Part shown: positions 60,649 through 64,000 of the stretch, piece by piece | How positions within the stretch are numbered: position 1 is the first letter of the stretch | Layout of the letters: each line of letters begins with the position of its first letter | From: Bacteroidota bacterium | Lineage (GTDB): Bacteria; Bacteroidota; Bacteroidia; Cytophagales; Cyclobacteriaceae | Direction: 5' to 3' | Assembly: GCA_023417785.1 (NCBI GenBank) | Contig: JAEZEH010000077.1 | Location: forward strand, 2,088 to 66,087 | Length of the DNA: 64,000 nt | Translations under genes and position numbers: made by a program | Notes under the pieces: model-generated | Databases searched by the model: none | What the model was told of the DNA's origin: nothing | The model's input: only the letters and a program-made list of their open reading frames with translations

Positions 60649-62121
60649 TCAAAATTGGAAGTAAATGAATGGCTGGACCTCTGCCGACTTTGTTTGGATA
60701 ACTAATACAATAACGGCAACGATACACAGCGCCTTGGCATACAAGGGCATTTCAATTATCCTCTCCCTGACCTGTTCAGTAATTGAATCCGGAACGAAGT
60801 GAAGCGCGTATCCGACGAGCATCAACGTAAAAACGAGAGAATACCCTGAAACAAACTCCCAGAAAATGGAAGCGTTAAAATTCAGGAAAATCTGCGACAA
60901 CATGAGCGAAACCGTCTCCAGATTGGCCGCCCTGAAAAATATCCAGCAGAGGCAAACGAAGTGAAACGTAATGAGGGCACTTACTACGCGTACAAACGGA
61001 CCGGTAAATCTGAAGCCGATTTTTTCCGAGAAAATCTTGTGGAAAGCCAGTGCGGCGCCATGCAAGCCACCCCAGATAACAAAACGCCATGACGCCCCGT
61101 GCCACAGACCTCCCAGGAGCATTGTTATCATCAGATTTATATACGTTCTGACTTTTCCTTTGCGATTTCCTCCGAGTGAAATATATAAATAGTCGCGGAG
61201 CCAGGTTGACAACGAAATATGCCACCGTCGCCAGAACTCCGATATATTAACTGACTGATAGGGTGAATTGAAATTGGGTGCAAAATGAAATCCAAGCAAC
61301 AACGCGATACCTATTGCCATATCGGAATAGCCAGAGAAATCGCAGTAGATCTGCAACGCATAACCGTACACGGCGAGGAGATTTTCCAACCCGGTATACA
61401 ACGCAGGTGCGTCGAAAATGCGGTCAACAAAATTGATGCTTATATAGTCGGAAATGACGGCTTTCTTAAAGAGTCCGGTCGCAATAAGGAACACGCCCCG
61501 GCCGAGCATTTCGTCGGTCACAACGGTGGGCTTATGGATCTGAGGAAGAAAATCCGCCGCCCTTACGATTGGTCCCGCCACTAACTGGGGAAAGAATGAG
61601 AGGTAAAACGCATAGTCAAGGATGCTATCTACCGGTTTGAGGTTTCTCCGGTATACATCAATGGTGTAGCTCAGAGACTGAAACGTAAAGAATGAAATGC
61701 CAACAGGAAGGAAAATGTCAATCGGCTCGTATTCTCTTCCGGTCAGACCGAAAATAGAATCGTAAAAAAAATTCGTATACTTGAAATAGCCCAGTATGCC
61801 CAGATTGGCAACAAGGCTTAGAATAAGAAAGAGCTTTCGTTTTGCCTTTTCTTCAGTAACGTGAATAAGCCGCGCGAGATTGAAGTCAACCGCGGTTGCA
61901 ACGAGTAGAAGGAAGAAAAAGAAACCGCTGGACTTATAGTAAAAATAAAGTGAGAAGATCGTTACAAAGATCAACTTTGCGCGTTGGTTTTCCTTCAGCA
62001 TCGTGTACACGGCAAGAAACCCCGTGAACAGGAAGAGAAAGAATCCACTACTGAATATTAGTGGCTCTTCGGGATTATACGCGAACTCGCTGAAAATTTT
62101 ATGGATATCGGCCTCCCACAT
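60649..62121 (-). CDS. MBOAT family O-acyltransferase (AlgI/PatA/DltB-like)
   Basis: Polytopic membrane protein. Conserved MBOAT region FWRRWHISLSTWLRDYLYISLGGNR and the catalytic His context GLWHGASW. 490 aa. Confidence 0.88.
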   Translation of the reverse strand: MWEADIHKIFSEFAYNPEEPLIFSSGFFLFLFTGFLAVYTMLKENQRAKLIFVTIFSLYFYYKSSGFFFFLLLVATAVDFNLARLIHVTEEKAKRKLFLILSLVANLGILGYFKYTNFFYDSIFGLTGREYEPIDIFLPVGISFFTFQSLSYTIDVYRRNLKPVDSILDYAFYLSFFPQLVAGPIVRAADFLPQIHKPTVVTDEMLGRGVFLIATGLFKKAVISDYISINFVDRIFDAPALYTGLENLLAVYGYALQIYCDFSGYSDMAIGIALLLGFHFAPNFNSPYQSVNISEFWRRWHISLSTWLRDYLYISLGGNRKGKVRTYINLMITMLLGGLWHGASWRFVIWGGLHGAALAFHKIFSEKIGFRFTGPFVRVVSALITFHFVCLCWIFFRAANLETVSLMLSQIFLNFNASIFWEFVSGYSLVFTLMLVGYALHFVPDSITEQVRERIIEMPLYAKALCIVAVIVLVIQTKSAEVQPFIYFQF

Positions 62122-63379
62122 ACCTGGTATAACTTTTCATAATAGCCTCATAAAGCAACTTGCCTTGAAGCGCATAACCTTCGCGCGTAAAATGTATCCC
62201 ATCCGGCCGCAGCAATCCTGACTCTCTCCAGTGGATGGCGGCTCCCGCCCCGCCACCAACTTTATGCATATCCCAGAATGCTAGTCCGTTCTCAACAGCA
62301 TAATCAAGAATCTGCCGACGTATTATTTCAATTCCAGGATTTGGCTTCACTTTCCGGAGGAACGCATCGGGAGGGGTGATCAACAGCACGGCGGCATCGG
62401 GATTGTTTGTTCTAATAGCGTTCACCAGAGTATGAACCTGCCGCAGAAAGTCGGTTTTCAAATGGGGATATTCAGCCGACTCATTGGTCCCCAGTGAGAT
62501 TATCACCAGATTCGGCTTAAGTAACGATGTCTGCAAAGCAAACATGTCAGCTTTGTTATAATGCTCGTACCTTGCACCGTTGACACCTACCGCGTGATAG
62601 AGTATTCCCGGGCGCCCATTCTCGAAATTCACTCCAAACAATGTGGTGTGCGACTGTTCTTGTGACTCACGAACATTTCGCAATTCCACCTGGCGATACA
62701 AACCGGGAAGAGGCATTTTCACTGCATGCGAGCCATCTTGCCCCCGTGCTGACGTGTAGCGCGTTAGTTCGACTGACAACGAATCCATTACGGAAAGTGA
62801 GTAGCTTCTCGCATCGTTTGGCATGAACAACGTAAGCCGATTAAACCTATAATCCACTTCCGATTCCTTCATGGTCATGGTAAGACTGCCATTCTCTTCC
62901 GCGGTACTTATTGTAATGCCCCCAATTCCAATGGGCAGCGGGTTGGCAGGATGAACGATCCGCTTGGAAGTCCACGTTCCCGATGCTGATGTTCTGATAT
63001 TGAAAGGCTCGTTTGTGCCGGCTACGCGCCCTGGGACTATCAGCCCTCTGCCGGCGTTTCCGAAAGTGGATTGTAGTTTTTTCCTCACCACTTCAGTGAG
63101 AAAGTCCGCCTGGATATGAGAGTCTCCGATGTGAATCACACTTACTAAACCCGAGTCGAGAGCTTTTAGCTGATATAACTGCTCAAGGAATCGCTCAAGG
63201 GCGATATCGTTTTGCAATACATTTTCATTAACGTTTATAAAACCAAATGATGTCCTCTGACCAGGGAGAGGTTGCGCCCGCGCCGACAACGAAAGCGAGA
63301 GCATTAACACCAGTAAGAATCCCTCAGGGAAGTTGCTGTTCCTTCTCATATTTTTCCAGTTCATACAACAAACTTCCAA
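62099..63379 (-). CDS. SGNH/GDSL-type hydrolase family protein, secreted
   Basis: Signal peptide (FLLVLMLSLSLSARAQ). Block I VIHIGDSHIQ, block III ISLGTNE and block V DGIHFT. The start is uncertain (63379, 63364 or 63349). Confidence 0.8.
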   Translation of the reverse strand: MEVCCMNWKNMRRNSNFPEGFLLVLMLSLSLSARAQPLPGQRTSFGFINVNENVLQNDIALERFLEQLYQLKALDSGLVSVIHIGDSHIQADFLTEVVRKKLQSTFGNAGRGLIVPGRVAGTNEPFNIRTSASGTWTSKRIVHPANPLPIGIGGITISTAEENGSLTMTMKESEVDYRFNRLTLFMPNDARSYSLSVMDSLSVELTRYTSARGQDGSHAVKMPLPGLYRQVELRNVRESQEQSHTTLFGVNFENGRPGILYHAVGVNGARYEHYNKADMFALQTSLLKPNLVIISLGTNESAEYPHLKTDFLRQVHTLVNAIRTNNPDAAVLLITPPDAFLRKVKPNPGIEIIRRQILDYAVENGLAFWDMHKVGGGAGAAIHWRESGLLRPDGIHFTREGYALQGKLLYEAIMKSYTRYVGGRYP

Positions 63380-64000
63380 CTAGTTCACCGGCAAGTCGTT
63401 TCCCTCCTTTGAACGTAAGGTGGGTATAGTCTTTTGCAGCAAGAGCCGGATTCGCCTTCACGAAGCTTACCATACTGTTTTCGCCACCCATCGCCTGATA
63501 CAAATCCCAAAACGTGATTTTGGTTCGTTGTGCGATGAGCCGCTGAGTGTTTCGCAAAGTCGGAATCGTCCGGATTGTTCGGTACGTACCATTGATATTG
63601 GCACTGCGGTCACTCACGCTAAGCAATACGATACTTGCATCCGGGAAGATTTCCTTTAGTCGTTCAATCACCGTTACCATTCTGTCGGCATACCACGCAT
63701 AGCGCGATGAATCAAAATTAAGGGCATTCAGTCCGTACTGCAGAATGATAAGTTTATAATCGCGATACTTGTTGAAACTGCTCAGCATATGCGTTGGAAT
63801 GAGATGCAGACCAATCCCTGAGTTTCCGCGCATAGCGAAGTTGTCGACATATATGCCGCTGGCGCCTTCAAAACTGGCCCCATAAACTTCGAGACTGTCA
63901 GGATTTTCGAACGTAAACTCTACCTTCCTAGCTTTGATGTTTTCTTTTTTCCATTCCCGAAGCCGCTTTCCTTTCTGCAGTTGTGCCACGCGATATAGCG
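63324..64000 (-). CDS. SGNH/GDSL-type hydrolase family protein, N-terminus beyond the window edge
   Basis: The frame is open to nt 64000. Block II/III-like ILQYGLNALN and block V DYTHLT. It overlaps the next SGNH gene, which suggests one operon. Confidence 0.72.
   Translation of the reverse strand, partial: LYRVAQLQKGKRLREWKKENIKARKVEFTFENPDSLEVYGASFEGASGIYVDNFAMRGNSGIGLHLIPTHMLSSFNKYRDYKLIILQYGLNALNFDSSRYAWYADRMVTVIERLKEIFPDASIVLLSVSDRSANINGTYRTIRTIPTLRNTQRLIAQRTKITFWDLYQAMGGENSMVSFVKANPALAAKDYTHLTFKGGKRLAGELVGSLLYELEKYEKEQQLP

Noticed and set aside
1-64000. Search for mobile elements, CRISPR arrays, tRNA/rRNA genes, toxin-antitoxin pairs and defence islands
   Set aside because: I found none of the following by eye:
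- transposase, integrase or phage-like ORFs
- regularly spaced direct repeats
- T-loop (GGTTCGAATCC-like) or rRNA signatures

Gene content and the consistent promoter motif indicate a native core region. A tRNAscan, Infernal or CRISPR-finder run would be needed to exclude small RNA genes rigorously.

Overview
The window looks like a core chromosomal segment of a Bacteroidota genome, probably a non-Bacteroidales gliding lineage. Three things support that assignment. Type IX secretion and gliding genes are present (porU, porV, gldH, sprA). GWxTD and DUF4105 proteins are present. At least 15 genes are preceded by the Bacteroidota -7 promoter element TAnnTTTG and lack Shine-Dalgarno sequences.

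Gene content is mostly housekeeping and densely packed:
- purD, recQ, kdsD-manC, ruvA, gcvH-lipA
- a deoC-gapN-acyP-betaCASP operon
- a 1398-aa secreted TPR protein
- rsmI, suhB, and two M16 homologues
- an FtsX-type permease and a radical SAM/SPASM enzyme
- sucA-sucB-lpdA
- rpsP-rimM-trmD-rplS
- fbaB, accD, hemE, rplU-rpmA, nrdB-nrdA, ldhA
- an SGNH-SGNH-MBOAT O-acylation operon

Reading by eye, I found no rRNA, tRNA, CRISPR array, transposase, integrase or phage genes. I see no self-evident novel multi-gene system.

The observations most worth follow-up are:
1. A GapN-family aldehyde dehydrogenase has Gly at the general-base Glu position and is translationally coupled to an acylphosphatase.
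2. Three helically phased DnaA boxes sit upstream of nrdBA.
3. The TPR protein has 34 gapless repeats arranged in exact 7-repeat (238 aa) super-repeats.
4. An unannotated 55-aa Cys-rich membrane micro-ORF abuts an orphan SPASM radical SAM gene.
5. A catalytically dead M16 homologue is coupled to porU-porV.
6. A lipoprotein gene downstream of the MBOAT operon is apparently split by a frameshift.

Several ORF-track start codons are over-extended. I corrected them using signal peptides, family N-termini and promoter positions.
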